Shown here: piece after piece, positions 17,179-34,900 of the stretch
Layout of the letters: each line of letters opens with the position of its first letter
How positions within the stretch are numbered: position 1 is the stretch's first letter
DNA from: Balanoglossus misakiensis
Lineage: Eukaryota; Animalia; Hemichordata
Reading direction: 5' to 3'
Assembly (NCBI GenBank): GCA_040954595.2
Contig: CM082585.2
Location: 11,077,995-11,141,994 of the forward strand
Length of the DNA: 64,000 nt
Notes under the pieces: generated by a model
Database searches by the model: none
Told to the model about the DNA's origin: nothing
Seen by the model: only the letters and a program-made list of their open reading frames with translations
Made by a program: the position numbers and the translations under genes

Positions 17179-18476
17179 AAAGATTGCCCATAATCTTATC
17201 AAGTAGTCGCCAATAACTGTGCATGTGCTATGACGCAGGTGTTATTCATGTTGTTTGTGTAACCTTTGAGTGATTGGGGTGAACTCGCCAGTAACATGAT
17301 CTATCAAAGAAACTGGAGATCAGAAAGTAATGCATACGAAAGATGAATGAATCAATGCTAATTTTAAACTGTCATCATTGGCCCTTTATTGAACAAAAGA
17401 AGCCGCTTGGACGATACCTTGACAGGTTTGATTCATAGTTTGTCATCTTATCTAATCTAATCTAATCTGATCTGATCTGATCTAATTTAAAACTAATGTA
17501 ATTGGTTTGTTTAAGACTGAACTTCTCATACAGACAGTTATATCCAGACCAGCTTTGTAGAATTTAGAATGACCTGATTCTTTGCATTGTCTCGGTCATT
17601 AAACTCTCCCAGATTTAGAAAAATTTCACTACCTATAAATAAGTTTTTGCTACCTAGGTGAGCGATATAAAATATCATATGGTCGACAGAAATTACAGTG
17701 ATTAGCCTGAAAATAGACGTGAATATTTAAAGGTCGGGAATGCGGAAAGTGAAATGACGAAAATGAAATAATCATGTCATTGGGTGCAAATATGGGAAAA
17801 TAAATAGAGTAGCTGCTGTTGATGTGTTTTTTTCGCAAAAGCTTAATTTCCCTGTTATATTATTTTTTGACATTAACATATTCTCCCTGTGCGCTTGCAA
17901 TAGTATTGTTTTTAATTATTCATTTAGCATCAATGGAATATTAGCAGTTTATGATTTCAGGTGGGAGTATAGAATGTGTGTTCTCTCCATGCTGGCCAGC
18001 TGCTGCTACTGTTTCTTGTGGTTTGTTATGGATGCCGCATTGCGGCACCGCATGCGCGGTTATCGATAGTTTGCCCTCCGCGTGCCTCGCATCAAAATTC
18101 ATTTTTGCGTCTGGTTTGCACCCTCGTTGTCGTTCAGCCAGCTGGCAACAAGTATTACTGTATATGTGAGGTGGAACATGCACCACAACGTGTATGTGTA
18201 ACGCCCTCGACGACGTAACTGCGATTGTACTCCGTCGACACAGTGCTGTTCAGTAAGTTTATTGCTAATAATTTTTACATGTTTAAATGTAAAAGCTGAC
18301 TAATGAACTGTACAAATGCAGTGGTGTTATACAGGGAAAATCGCCTGAAAATTGAACTTGAAATTCCAGCTTCGTTTTCTATTGTGTGATCATCTAGTAC
18401 ACTATGGTGTCTATACTACATTCGAGAGAAATTTTAATTAAATTACAACTATGCCCTCAAACTACGGAATGTGTAA

Positions 18477-22519
<4,043 letters not shown>

Positions 22520-22954
22520 GACTTAAGCTCAGACACCAAGTTTGACGAATTCACTCAACTACTTATTTGTGTTGTGTTGGGTAGATTCTAACCGATCGGT
22601 ACTACTGTCACGTCGGTCGAGTTAAAACACCAAAAAGTAGGGCGCTGTTAAAAACGGACAATTGAATGATCACACCAAGACTGGGTATAAAGGTAAGACG
22701 ACCTGGCGAGGACTGGTGCTTAGCAAACTCCAACTATGTGAAACGGAGTCACAGTAAAGTTTGACGGGTATTGATCGGTTCGATCCACGGCGCTAATGCT
22801 GAGTGACAGCATTGGCGTGGTCACACGCAGCTAAGACCATTGCATTGGGCGTGGCCCATGATGAGACAGCATCTCCTGCCAAGTCCCGTCAACATTACAG
22901 TTAATGGAGTCATAGAAGTCAACATTAAATAAGGTTTGTTAAATCACCAAAGAC

Positions 22955-25900
22955 AAAATTCAGAAAGTCGGGAATTTGTCATTTGTTGACAATTTTCATG
23001 AGCTATAACCGATGAAAAATGTCGAAAATTGACAAAATCACCGACTTTGTGAATTTTGGTGATTTTGTCATATTTGGACATTTTAATTTTGTCTTTTTTG
23101 GACTTTTTCATGGGTTATAGCTCACGAAAATCGTCAAAAAATGACGAATTTTCGACTTTCCGAAATTTCAAAATTTCTTCATTTTTTGAAAAAATCATGG
23201 GTTATAGCTCACGAAAATCGTCAAAAAATGACAAATTTTCGACTTTCCGAAATTTCAAAATTTCTTCATTTTTTGAAAAAAATCATGGGTTATAGCTCAC
23301 GAAAATCGTCAAAAAATGACGAATTTTCGACTTTCCGAAATTTCAAAATTTCTTCATTTTTTGAAAAAATCATGGGTTATAGCTCACGAAAATCGTCAAA
23401 AAATGACGAATTTTCGACTTTCCGAAATTTCAAAATTTCTTCATTTTTTGAAAAAATCATGGGTTATAGCTCACGAAAATCGTCAAAAAATGACGAATTT
23501 TCGACTTTCCGAAATTTCAAAATTTCTTCATTTTTTGAAAAAATCATGGGTTATAGCTCACGAAAATCGTCAAAAAATGACGAATTTTCGACTTTCCGAA
23601 ATTTCAAAATTTCTTCATTTTTTGAAAAAAATCATGGGTTATAGCTCACGAAAATCGTCAAAAAATGACGAATTTTCGACTTTCCGAAATTTCAAAATTT
23701 CTTCATTTTTTGAAAAAATCATGGGTTATAGCTCACGAAAATCGTCAAAAAATGACGAATTTTCGACTTTCCGAAATTTCAAAATTTCTTCATTTTTTGA
23801 AAAAATCATGGGTTATAGCTCACGAAAATCGTCAAAAAATGACGAATTTTCGACTTTCCGAAATTTCAAAATTTCTTCATTTTTTGAAAAAAATCATGGG
23901 TTATAGCTCACGAAAATCGTCAAAAAATGACGAATTTTCGACTTTCCGAAATTTCAAAATTTCTTCATTTTTTGAAAAAATCATGGGTTATAGCTCACGA
24001 AAATCGTCAAAAAATGACGAATTTTCGACTTTCCGAAATTTCAAAATTTCTTCATTTTTTGAAAAAAATCATGGGTTATAGCTCACGAAAATCGTCAAAA
24101 AATGACGAATTTTCGACTTTCCGAAATTTCAAAATTTCTTCATTTTTTGAAAAAATCATGGGTTATAGCTCACGAAAATCGTCAAAAAATGACGAATTTT
24201 CGACTTTCCGAAATTTCAAAATTTCTTCATTTTTTGAAAAAAATCATGGGTTATAGCTCACGAAAATCGTCAAAAAATGACGAATTTTCGACTTTCCGAA
24301 ATTTCAAAATTTCTTCATTTTTTGAAAAAATCATGGGTTATAGCTCACGAAAATCGTCAAAAAATGACGAATTTTCGACTTTCCGAAATTTCAAAATTTC
24401 TTCATTTTTTGAAAAAATCATGGGTTATAGCTCACGAAAATCGTCAAAAAATGACGAATTTTCGACTTTCCGAAATTTCAAAATTTCTTCATTTTTTGAA
24501 AAAAATCATGGGTTATAGCTCACGAAAATCGTCAAAAAATGACGAATTTTCGACTTTCCGAAATTTCAAAATTTCTTCATTTTTTGAAAAAATCATGGGT
24601 TATAGCTCACGAAAATCGTCAAAAAATGACGAATTTTCGACTTTCCGAAATTTCAAAATTTCTTCATTTTTTGAAAAAATCATGGGTTATAGCTCACGAA
24701 AATCGTCAAAAAATGACGAATTTTCGACTTTCCGAAATTTCAAAATTTCTTCATTTTTTGAAAAAATCATGGGTTATAGCTCACGAAAATCGTCAAAAAA
24801 TGACGAATTTTCGATTTTCCGAAATTTCAAAATTTCTTCATTTTTTGAAAAAATCATGGGTTATAGCTCACGAAAATCGTCAAAAAATGACGAATTTTCG
24901 ACTTTCCGAAATTTCAAAATTTCTTTATTTTTTGAAAAAAATCATGGGTTATAGCTCACGAAAATCGTCAAAAAATGACGAATTTTCGACTTTCCGAAAT
25001 TTCAAAATTTCTTCATTTTTTGAAAAAATCATGGGTTATAGCTCACGAAAATCGTCAAAAAATGACGAATTTTCGACTTTCCGAAATTTCAAAATTTCTT
25101 CATTTTTTGAAAAAAATCATGGGTTATAGCTCACGAAAATCGTCAAAAAATGACGAATTTTCGACTTTCCGAAATTTCAAAATTTCTTCATTTTTTGAAA
25201 AAATCATGGGTTATAGCTCACGAAAATCGTCAAAAAATGACGAATTTTCGACTTTCCGAAATTTCAAAATTTCTTCATTTTTTGAAAAAATCATGGGTTA
25301 TAGCTCACGAAAATCGTCAAAAAATGACGAATTTTCGACTTTCCGAAATTTCAAAATTTCTTCATTTTTTGAAAAAATCATGGGTTATAGCTCACGAAAA
25401 TCGTCAAAAAATGACGAATTTTCGACTTTCCGAAATTTCAAAATTTCTTCATTTTTTGAAAAAATCATGGGTTATAGCTCACGAAAATCGTCAAAAAATG
25501 ACGAATTTTCGACTTTCCGAAATTTCAAAATTTCTTTATTTTTTGAAAAAAATCATAGGTTATAGCTCACGAAAATCGTCAAAAAATAACGAATTTTCGA
25601 CTTTGCGGAATTTCAAAATTTGGCCGATTTTTGAAAAAATCATGGGTTATAGCTCATGAAAATCATCCGAAAATGAGAATTTTTCGACTTTGCGGAATTT
25701 CAAAATTTGGCCGATTTTTGAAAAAATCATGGGTTATAGCTCATGAAAATCATCCGAAAATGAGAATTTTTCGACTTTGCGGAATTTCAAAATTTGGCCG
25801 ATTTTTGAAAAAATCATGGGTTATAGCTCATGAAAATCATCCGAAAATGAGAATTTTTCGACTTTGCGGAATTTCAAAATTTGGCCGATTTTTGAAAAAA

Positions 25901-28900
25901 TCATGGGTTATAGCTCATGAAAATCATCCGAAAATGAGAATTTTTCGACTTTGCGGAATTTCAAAATTTGGCCGATTTTTGAAAAAATCATGGGTTATAG
26001 CTCATGAAAATCATCCGAAAATGAAAATTTTTCGACTTTGCGGAATTTCAAAATTTGGCCGATTTTTGAAAAAATCATGGGTTATAGCTCATGAAAATCA
26101 TCCGAAAATGAAAATTTTTCGACTTTGCGGAATTTCAAAATTTGGCCGATTTTTGAAAAAATCATGGGTTATAGCTCATGAAAATCATCCGAAAATGAGA
26201 ATTTTTCGACTTTGCGGAATTTCAAAATTTGGCCGATTTTTGAAAAAATCATGGGTTATAGCTCATGAAAATCATCCGAAAATGAGAATTTTTCGACTTT
26301 GCGGAATTTCAAAATTTGGCCGATTTTTGAAAAAATCATGGGTTATAGCTCATGAAAATCATCCGAAAATGAGAATTTTTCGACTTTGCGGAATTTCAAA
26401 ATTTGGCCGATTTTTGAAAAAATCATGGGTTATAGCTCATGAAAATCATCCGAAAATGAGAATTTTTCGACTTTGCGGAATTTCAAAATTTGGCCGATTT
26501 TTGAAAAAATCATGGGTTATAGCTCATGAAAATCATCCGAAAATGAGAATTTTTCGACTTTGCGGAATTTCAAAATTTGGCCGATTTTTGAAAAAATCAT
26601 GGGTTATAGCTCATGAAAATCATCCGAAAATGAGAATTTTTCGACTTTGCGGAATTTCAAAATTTGGCCGATTTTTGAAAAAATCATGGGTTATAGCTCA
26701 TGAAAATCATCCGAAAATGAGAATTTTTCGACTTTGCGGAATTTCAAAATTTGGCCGATTTTTGAAAAAATCATGGGTTATAGCTCATGAAAATCATCCG
26801 AAAATGAGAATTTTTCGACTTTGCGGAATTTCAAAATTTGGCCGATTTTTGAAAAAATCATGGGTTATAGCTCATGAAAATCATCCGAAAATGAGAATTT
26901 TTCGACTTTGCGGAATTTCAAAATTTGGCCGATTTTTGAAAAAAATCATGGGTTATAGCTCATGAAAATCATCCGAAAATGAGAATTTTTCGACTTTGCG
27001 GAATTTCAAAATTTGGCCGATTTTTGAAAAAATCATGGGTTATAGCTCATGAAAATCATCCGAAAATGAGAATTTTTCGACTTTCCGAAATTTCAAAATT
27101 TCTTTATTTTTTGAAAAAAATCATGGGTTATAGCTCACGAAAATCGTCAAAAAATGACGAATTTTCGACTTTGCGGAATTTCAAAATTTGGCCGATTTTT
27201 GAAAAAATCATGGGTTATAGCTCATGAAAATCATCCGAAAATGAGAATTTTTCGACTTTGCGGAATTTCAAAATTTGGCCGATTTTTGAAAAAATCATGG
27301 GTTATAGCTCATGAAAATCATCCGAAAATGAGAATTTTTCGACTTTGCGGAATTTCAAAATTTGGCCGATTTTTGAAAAAATCATGGGTTATAGCTCATG
27401 AAAATCATCCGAAAATGAGAATTTTTCGACTTTGCGGAATTTCAAAATTTGGTTGATTTTTGAAAAAATCATGGGTTATAGCTCATGAAAATCATCCGAA
27501 AATGAGAATTTTTCGACTTTGCGGAATTTCAAAATTTGGCCGATTTTTGAAAAAATCATGGGTTATAGCTCATGAAAATCATCCGAAAATGAGAATTTTT
27601 CGACTTTGCGGAATTTCAAAATTTGGCCGATTTTTGAAAAAATCATGGGTTATAGCTCATGAAAATCATCCGAAAATGAGAATTTTTCGACTTTGCGGAA
27701 TTTCAAAATTTGGCCGATTTTTGAAAAAATCATGGGTTATAGCTCATGAAAATCATCCGAAAATGAGAATTTTTCGACTTTGCGGAATTTCAAAATTTGG
27801 CCGATTTTTGAAAAAATCATGGGTTATAGCTCATGAAAATCATCCGAAAATGAGAATTTTTCGACTTTGCGGAATTTCAAAATTTGGTTGATTTTTGAAA
27901 AAATCATGGGTTATAGCTCATGAAAATCATCCGAAAATGAGAATTTTTCGACTTTGCGGAATTTCAAAATTTGGCCGATTTTTGAAAAAATCATGGGTTA
28001 TAGCTCATGAAAATCATCCGAAAATGAGAATTTTTCGACTTTGCGGAATTTCAAAATTTGGCCGATTTTTGAAAAAATCATGGGTTATAGCTCATGAAAA
28101 TCATCCGAAAATGAGAATTTTTCGACTTTGCGGAATTTCAAAATTTGGCCGATTTTTGAAAAAATCATGGGTTATAGCTCATGAAAATCATCCGAAAATG
28201 AGAATTTTTCGACTTTGCGGAATTTCAAAATTTGGCCGATTTTTGAAAAAATCATGGGTTATAGCTCATGAAAATCATCCGAAAATGAGAATTTTTCGAC
28301 TTTGCGGAATTTCAAAATTTGGCCGATTTTTGAAAAAATCATGGGTTATAGCTCATGAAAATCATCCGAAAATGAGAATTTTTCGACTTTGCGGAATTTC
28401 AAAATTTGGCCGATTTTTGAAAAAATCATGGGTTATAGCTCATGAAAATCATCCGAAAATGAGAATTTTTTGACTTTGCGGAATTTCAAAATTTGGCCGA
28501 TTTTTGAAAAAATCATGGGTTATAGCTCATGAAAATCATCCGAAAATGAGAATTTTTCGACTTTGCGGAATTTCAAAATTTGGCCGATTTTTGAAAAAAT
28601 CATGGGTTATAGCTCATGAAAATCATCCGAAAATGAGAATTTTTCGACTTTGCGGAATTTCAAAATTTGGCCGATTTTTGAAAAAATCATGGGTTATAGC
28701 TCATGAAAATCATCCGAAAATGAGAATTTTTCGACTTTGCGGAATTTCAAAATTTGGCCGATTTTTGAAAAAATCATGGGTTATAGCTCATGAAAATCAT
28801 CCGAAAATGAGAATTTTTCGACTTTGCGGAATTTCAAAATTTGGCCGATTTTTGAAAAAATCATGGGTTATAGCTCATGAAAATCATCCGAAAATGAGAA

Positions 28901-31900
28901 TTTTTCGACTTTGCGGAATTTCAAAATTTGGCCGATTTTTGAAAAAATCATGGGTTATAGCTCATGAAAATCATCCGAAAATGAGAATTTTTCGACTTTG
29001 CGGAATTTCAAAATTTGGCCGATTTTTGAAAAAATCATGGGTTATAGCTCATGAAAATCATCCGAAAATGAGAATTTTTCGACTTTGCGGAATTTTAAAA
29101 TTTGGCCGATTTTTGAAAAAATCATGGGTTATAGCTCATGAAAATCATCCGAAAATGAGAATTTTTCGACTTTGCGGAATTTCAAAATTTGGCCGATTTT
29201 TGAAAAAATCATGGGTTATAGCTCATGAAAATCATCCGAAAATGAGAATTTTTCGACTTTGCGGAATTTCAAAATTTGGCCGATTTTTGAAAAAATCATG
29301 GGTTATAGCTCATGAAAATCATCCGAAAATGAGAATTTTTCGACTTTGCGGAATTTCAAAATTTGGCCGATTTTTGAAAAAATCATGGGTTATAGCTCAT
29401 GAAAATCATCCGAAAATGAGAATTTTTCGACTTTGCGGAATTTCAAAATTTGGCCGATTTTTGAAAAAATCATGGGTTATAGCTCATGAAAATCATCCGA
29501 AAATGAGAATTTTTCGACTTTGCGGAATTTCAAAATTTGGCCGATTTTTGAAAAAATCATGGGTTATAGCTCATGAAAATCATCCGAAAATGAGAATTTT
29601 TCGACTTTGCGGAATTTCAAAATTTGGCCGATTTTTGAAAAAATCATGGGTTATAGCTCATGAAAATCATCCGAAAATGAGAATTTTTCGACTTTGCGGA
29701 ATTTCAAAATTTGGCCGATTTTTGAAAAAATCATGGGTTATAGCTCATGAAAATCATCCGAAAATGAGAATTTTTCGACTTTGCGGAATTTCAAAATTTG
29801 GCCGATTTTTGAAAAAATCATGGGTTATAGCTCATGAAAATCATCCGAAAATGAGAATTTTTCGACTTTGCGGAATTTCAAAATTTGGCCGATTTTTGAA
29901 AAAATCATGGGTTATAGCTCATGAAAATCATCCGAAAATGAGAATTTTTCGACTTTGCGGAATTTCAAAATTTGGCCGATTTTTGAAAAAATCATGGGTT
30001 ATAGCTCATGAAAATCATCCGAAAATGAGAATTTTTTGACTTTGCGGAATTTCAAAATTTGGCCGATTTTTGAAAAAATCATGGGTTATAGCTCATGAAA
30101 ATCATCCGAAAATGAGAATTTTTCGACTTTGCGGAATTTCAAAATTTGGCCGATTTTTGAAAAAATCATGGGTTATAGCTCACGAAAATCGTCAAAAAAT
30201 GACGAATTTTCGACTATCCGAAATTTCAAAATTTCTTCATTTTTTGAAAAAATCATGGGTTATAGCTCACGAAAATCGTCAAAAAATTACGAATTTTCGA
30301 CTTTCCAAAATTTCAAAATTTCTTCATTTTTTGAAAAAATCATGGGTTATAGCTCACGAAAATCGTCAAAAAATGACGAATTTTCGACTTTCCGAAATTT
30401 CAAAATTTCTTCATTTTTTGAAAAAATCATGGGTTATAGCTCACGAAAATCGTCAAAAAATGACGAATTTTCGACTTTCCGAAATTTCAAAATTTCTTCA
30501 TTTTTTGAAAAAATCATGGGTTATAGCTCACGAAAATCGTCAAAAAATGACGAATTTTCGACTTTCCGAAATTTCAAAATTTCTTCATTTTTTGAAAAAA
30601 ATCATGGGTTATAGCTCACGAAAATCGTCAAAAAATGACGAATTTTCGACTTTCCGAAATTTCAAAATTTCTTCATTTTTTGAAAAAATCATGGGTTATA
30701 GCTCACGAAAATCGTCAAAAAATGACGAATTTTCGACTTTCCGAAATTTCATAATTTCTTTATTTTTTGAAAAAAATCATGGGTTATAGCTCACGAAAAT
30801 CGTCAAAAAATGACGAATTTTCGACTTTCCGAAATTTCAAAATTTCTTCATTTTTTGAAAAAATCATGGGTTATAGCTCACGAAAATCGTCAAAAAATGA
30901 CGAATTTTCGACTTTCCGAAATTTCATAATTTCTTTATTTTTTGAAAAAAATCATGGGTTATAGCTCACGAAAATCGTCAAAAAATGACGAATTTTCGAC
31001 TTTGCGGAATTTCAAAATTTGGCCGATTTTTGAAAAAATCATGGGTTATAGCTCATGAAAATCATCCGAAAATGAGAATTTTTCGACTTTGCGGAATTTC
31101 AAAATTTGGCCGATTTTTGAAAAAATCATGGGTTATAGCTCATGAAAATCATCCGAAAATGAGAATTTTTCGACTTTGCGGAATTTCAAAATTTGGCCGA
31201 TTTTTGAAAAAATCATGGGTTATAGCTCATGAAAATCATCCGAAAATGAGAATTTTTCGACTTTGCGGAATTTCAAAATTTGGCCGATTTTTGAAAAAAT
31301 CATGGGTTATAGCTCATGAAAATCATCCGAAAATGAGAATTTTTCGACTTTGCGGAATTTTAAAATTTGGCCGATTTTTGAAAAAATCATGGGTTATAGC
31401 TCATGAAAATCATCCGAAAATGAGAATTTTTCGACTTTGCGGAATTTCAAAATTTGGCCGATTTTTGAAAAAATCATGGGTTATAGCTCATGAAAATCAT
31501 CCGAAAATGAGAATTTTTCGACTTTGCGGAATTTCAAAATTTGGCCGATTTTTGAAAAAATCATGGGTTATAGCTCATGAAAATCATCCGAAAATGAGAA
31601 TTTTTCGACTTTGCGGAATTTCAAAATTTGGCCGATTTTTGAAAAAATCATGGGTTATAGCTCATGAAAATCATCCGAAAATGAGAATTTTTCGACTTTG
31701 CGGAATTTCAAAATTTGGCCGATTTTTGAAAAAATCATGGGTTATAGCTCATGAAAATCATCCGAAAATGAGAATTTTTCGACTTTGCGGAATTTCAAAA
31801 TTTGGCCGATTTTTGAAAAAATCATGGGTTATAGCTCATGAAAATCATCCGAAAATGAGAATTTTTCGACTTTGCGGAATTTCAAAATTTGGCCGATTTT

Positions 31901-34900
31901 TGAAAAAATCATGGGTTATAGCTCATGAAAATCATCCGAAAATGAGAATTTTTCGACTTTGCGGAATTTCAAAATTTGGCCGATTTTTGAAAAAATCATG
32001 GGTTATAGCTCATGAAAATCATCCGAAAATGAGAATTTTTCGACTTTGCGGAATTTCAAAATTTGGCCGATTTTTGAAAAAATCATGGGTTATAGCTCAT
32101 GAAAATCATCCGAAAATGAGAATTTTTCGACTTTGCGGAATTTCAAAATTTGGCCGATTTTTGAAAAAATCATGGGTTATAGCTCATGAAAATCATCCGA
32201 AAATGAGAATTTTTCGACTTTGCGGAATTTCAAAATTTGGCCGATTTTGAAAAAATCATGGGTTATAGCTCATGAAAATCATCCGAAAATGAGAATTTTT
32301 TGACTTTGCGGAATTTCAAAATTTGGCCGATTTTTGAAAAAATCATGGGTTATAGCTCATGAAAATCATCCGAAAATGAGAATTTTTCGACTTTGCGGAA
32401 TTTCAAAAATTGGCCGATTTTTGAAAAAATCATGGGTTATAGCTCACGAAAATCGTCAAAAAATGACGAATTTTCGACTATCCGAAATTTCAAAATTTCT
32501 TCATTTTTTGAAAAAATCATGGGTTATAGCTCACGAAAATCGTCAAAAAATGACGAATTTTCGACTTTCCAAAATTTCAAAATTTCTTCATTTTTTGAAA
32601 AAATCATGGGTTATAGCTCACGAAAATCGTCAAAAAATGACGAATTTTCGACTTTCCGAAATTTCAAAATTTCTTCATTTTTTGAAAAAAATCATGGGTT
32701 ATAGCTCACGAAAATCGTCAAAAAATGACGAATTTTCGACTTTCCGAAATTTCAAAATTTCTTCATTTTTTGAAAAAATCATGGGTTATAGCTCACGAAA
32801 ATCGTCAAAAAATGACGAATTTTCGACTTTCCGAAATTTCATAATTTCTTTATTTTTTGAAAAAAATCATGGGTTATAGCTCACGAAAATCGTCAAAAAA
32901 TGACGAATTTTCGACTTTCCGAAATTTCAAAATTTCTTCATTTTTTGAAAAAATCATGGGTTATAGCTCACGAAAATCGGCAAAAAATGACGAATTTTCG
33001 ACTTTCCGAAATTTCATAATTTCTTTATTTTTTGAAAAAAATCATGGGTTATAGCTCACGAAAATCGTCAAAAAATGACGAATTTTCGACTTTGCGGAAT
33101 TTCAAAATTTGGCCGATTTTTGAAAAAATCATGGGTTATAGCTCATGAAAATCATCCGAAAATGAGAATTTTTTCGACTTTGCGGAATTTCAAAATTTGG
33201 CCGATTTTTGAAAAAATCATGGGTTATAGCTCATGAAAATCATCCGAAATGAGAATTTTTCGACTTTGCGGAATTTCAAAAATTTGGCCGATTTTTGAAA
33301 AAAATCATGGGTTATAGCTCATGAAAATCATCCGAAAATGAGAATTTTTCGACTTTGCGGAATTTCATAATTTGGCCGATTTTTGAAAAAATCATGGGTT
33401 ATAGCTCATGAAAATCATCCGAAAATGAGAATTTTTCGACTTTGCGGAATTTCAAAATTTGGCCGATTTTGAAAAAATCATGGGTTATAGCTCATGAAAA
33501 TCATCCGAAAATGAGAATTTTTCGACTTTGCGGAATTTCAAAATTTGGCCGATTTTTGAAAAAATCATGGGTTATAGCTCATGAAAATCATCCGAAAATG
33601 AGAATTTTTCGACTTTGCGGAATTTCAAAATTTGGCCGATTTTTGAAAAAATCATGGGTTATAGCTCATGAAAATCATCCGAAAATGAGAATTTTTCGAC
33701 TTTGCGGAATATTAAAATTTGGCCGATTTTTGAAAAAATCATGGGTTATAGCTCATGAAAATCATCCGAAAATGAGAATTTTTCGACTTTGCGGAATTTT
33801 AAAATTTGGCCGATTTTTGAAAAAATCATGGGTTATAGCTCATGAAAATCATCCGAAAATGAGAATTTTTCGACTTTGCGGAATTTCAAAATTTGGCCGA
33901 TTTTTGAAAAAATCATGGGTTATAGCTCATGAAAATCATCCGAAAATGAGAATTTTTCGACTTTGCGGAATTTCAAAATTTGGCCGATTTTTGAAAAATC
34001 ATGGGTTATAGCTCATGAAAACCATTTGAAAATGAGAATTTTTCGACTTTGCGGAATTTCAAAATTTGGCCGATTTTTGAAAAAATCATGGGTTATAGCT
34101 CATGAAAATCATCCGAAAATGAGAATTTTTCGACTTTGCGGAATTTCAAAATTTGGCCGATTTTTGAAAAAATCATGGGTTATAGCTCATGAAAACCATC
34201 CGAAAATGAGAATTTTTCGACTTTGCGGAATTTCAAAATTTGGCCGATTTTTGAAAAAAATCATGGGTTATAGCTCATGAAAATCATCCGAAAATGAGAA
34301 TTTTTCGACTTTGCGGAATTTTAAAATTTGGCCGATTTTTGAAAAAATCATGGGTTATAGCTCATGAAAATCATCCGAAAATGAGAATTTTCGACTTTGC
34401 GGAATATTAAAATTTGGCCGATTTTTGAAAAAATCATGGGTTATAGCTCATGAAAATCATCCGAAAATGAGAATTTTTCGACTTTGCGGAATTTTAAAAT
34501 TTGGCCGATTTTTGAAAAAATCATGGGTTATAGCTCATGAAAATCATCCGAAAATGAGAATTTTTCGACTTTGCGGAATTTCAAAATTTGGCCGATTTTT
34601 GAAATAATCATGGGTTATAGCTCATGAAAATCATCCGAAAATGAGAATTTTTCGACTTTGCGGAATTTCAAAATTTGGCCGATTTTTGAAAAAATCATGG
34701 GTTATAGCTCATGAAAATCATCCGAAAATGAGAATTTTTCGACTTTGCGGAATTTCAAAATTTGGCCGATTTTTGAAAAAATCATAGGTTATAGCTCATG
34801 AAAATCATCCGAAAATGAGAATTTTTCGACTTTGCGGAATTTCAAAATTTGGCCGATTTTTGAAAAAATCATGGGTTATAGCTCATGAAAATCATCCGAA

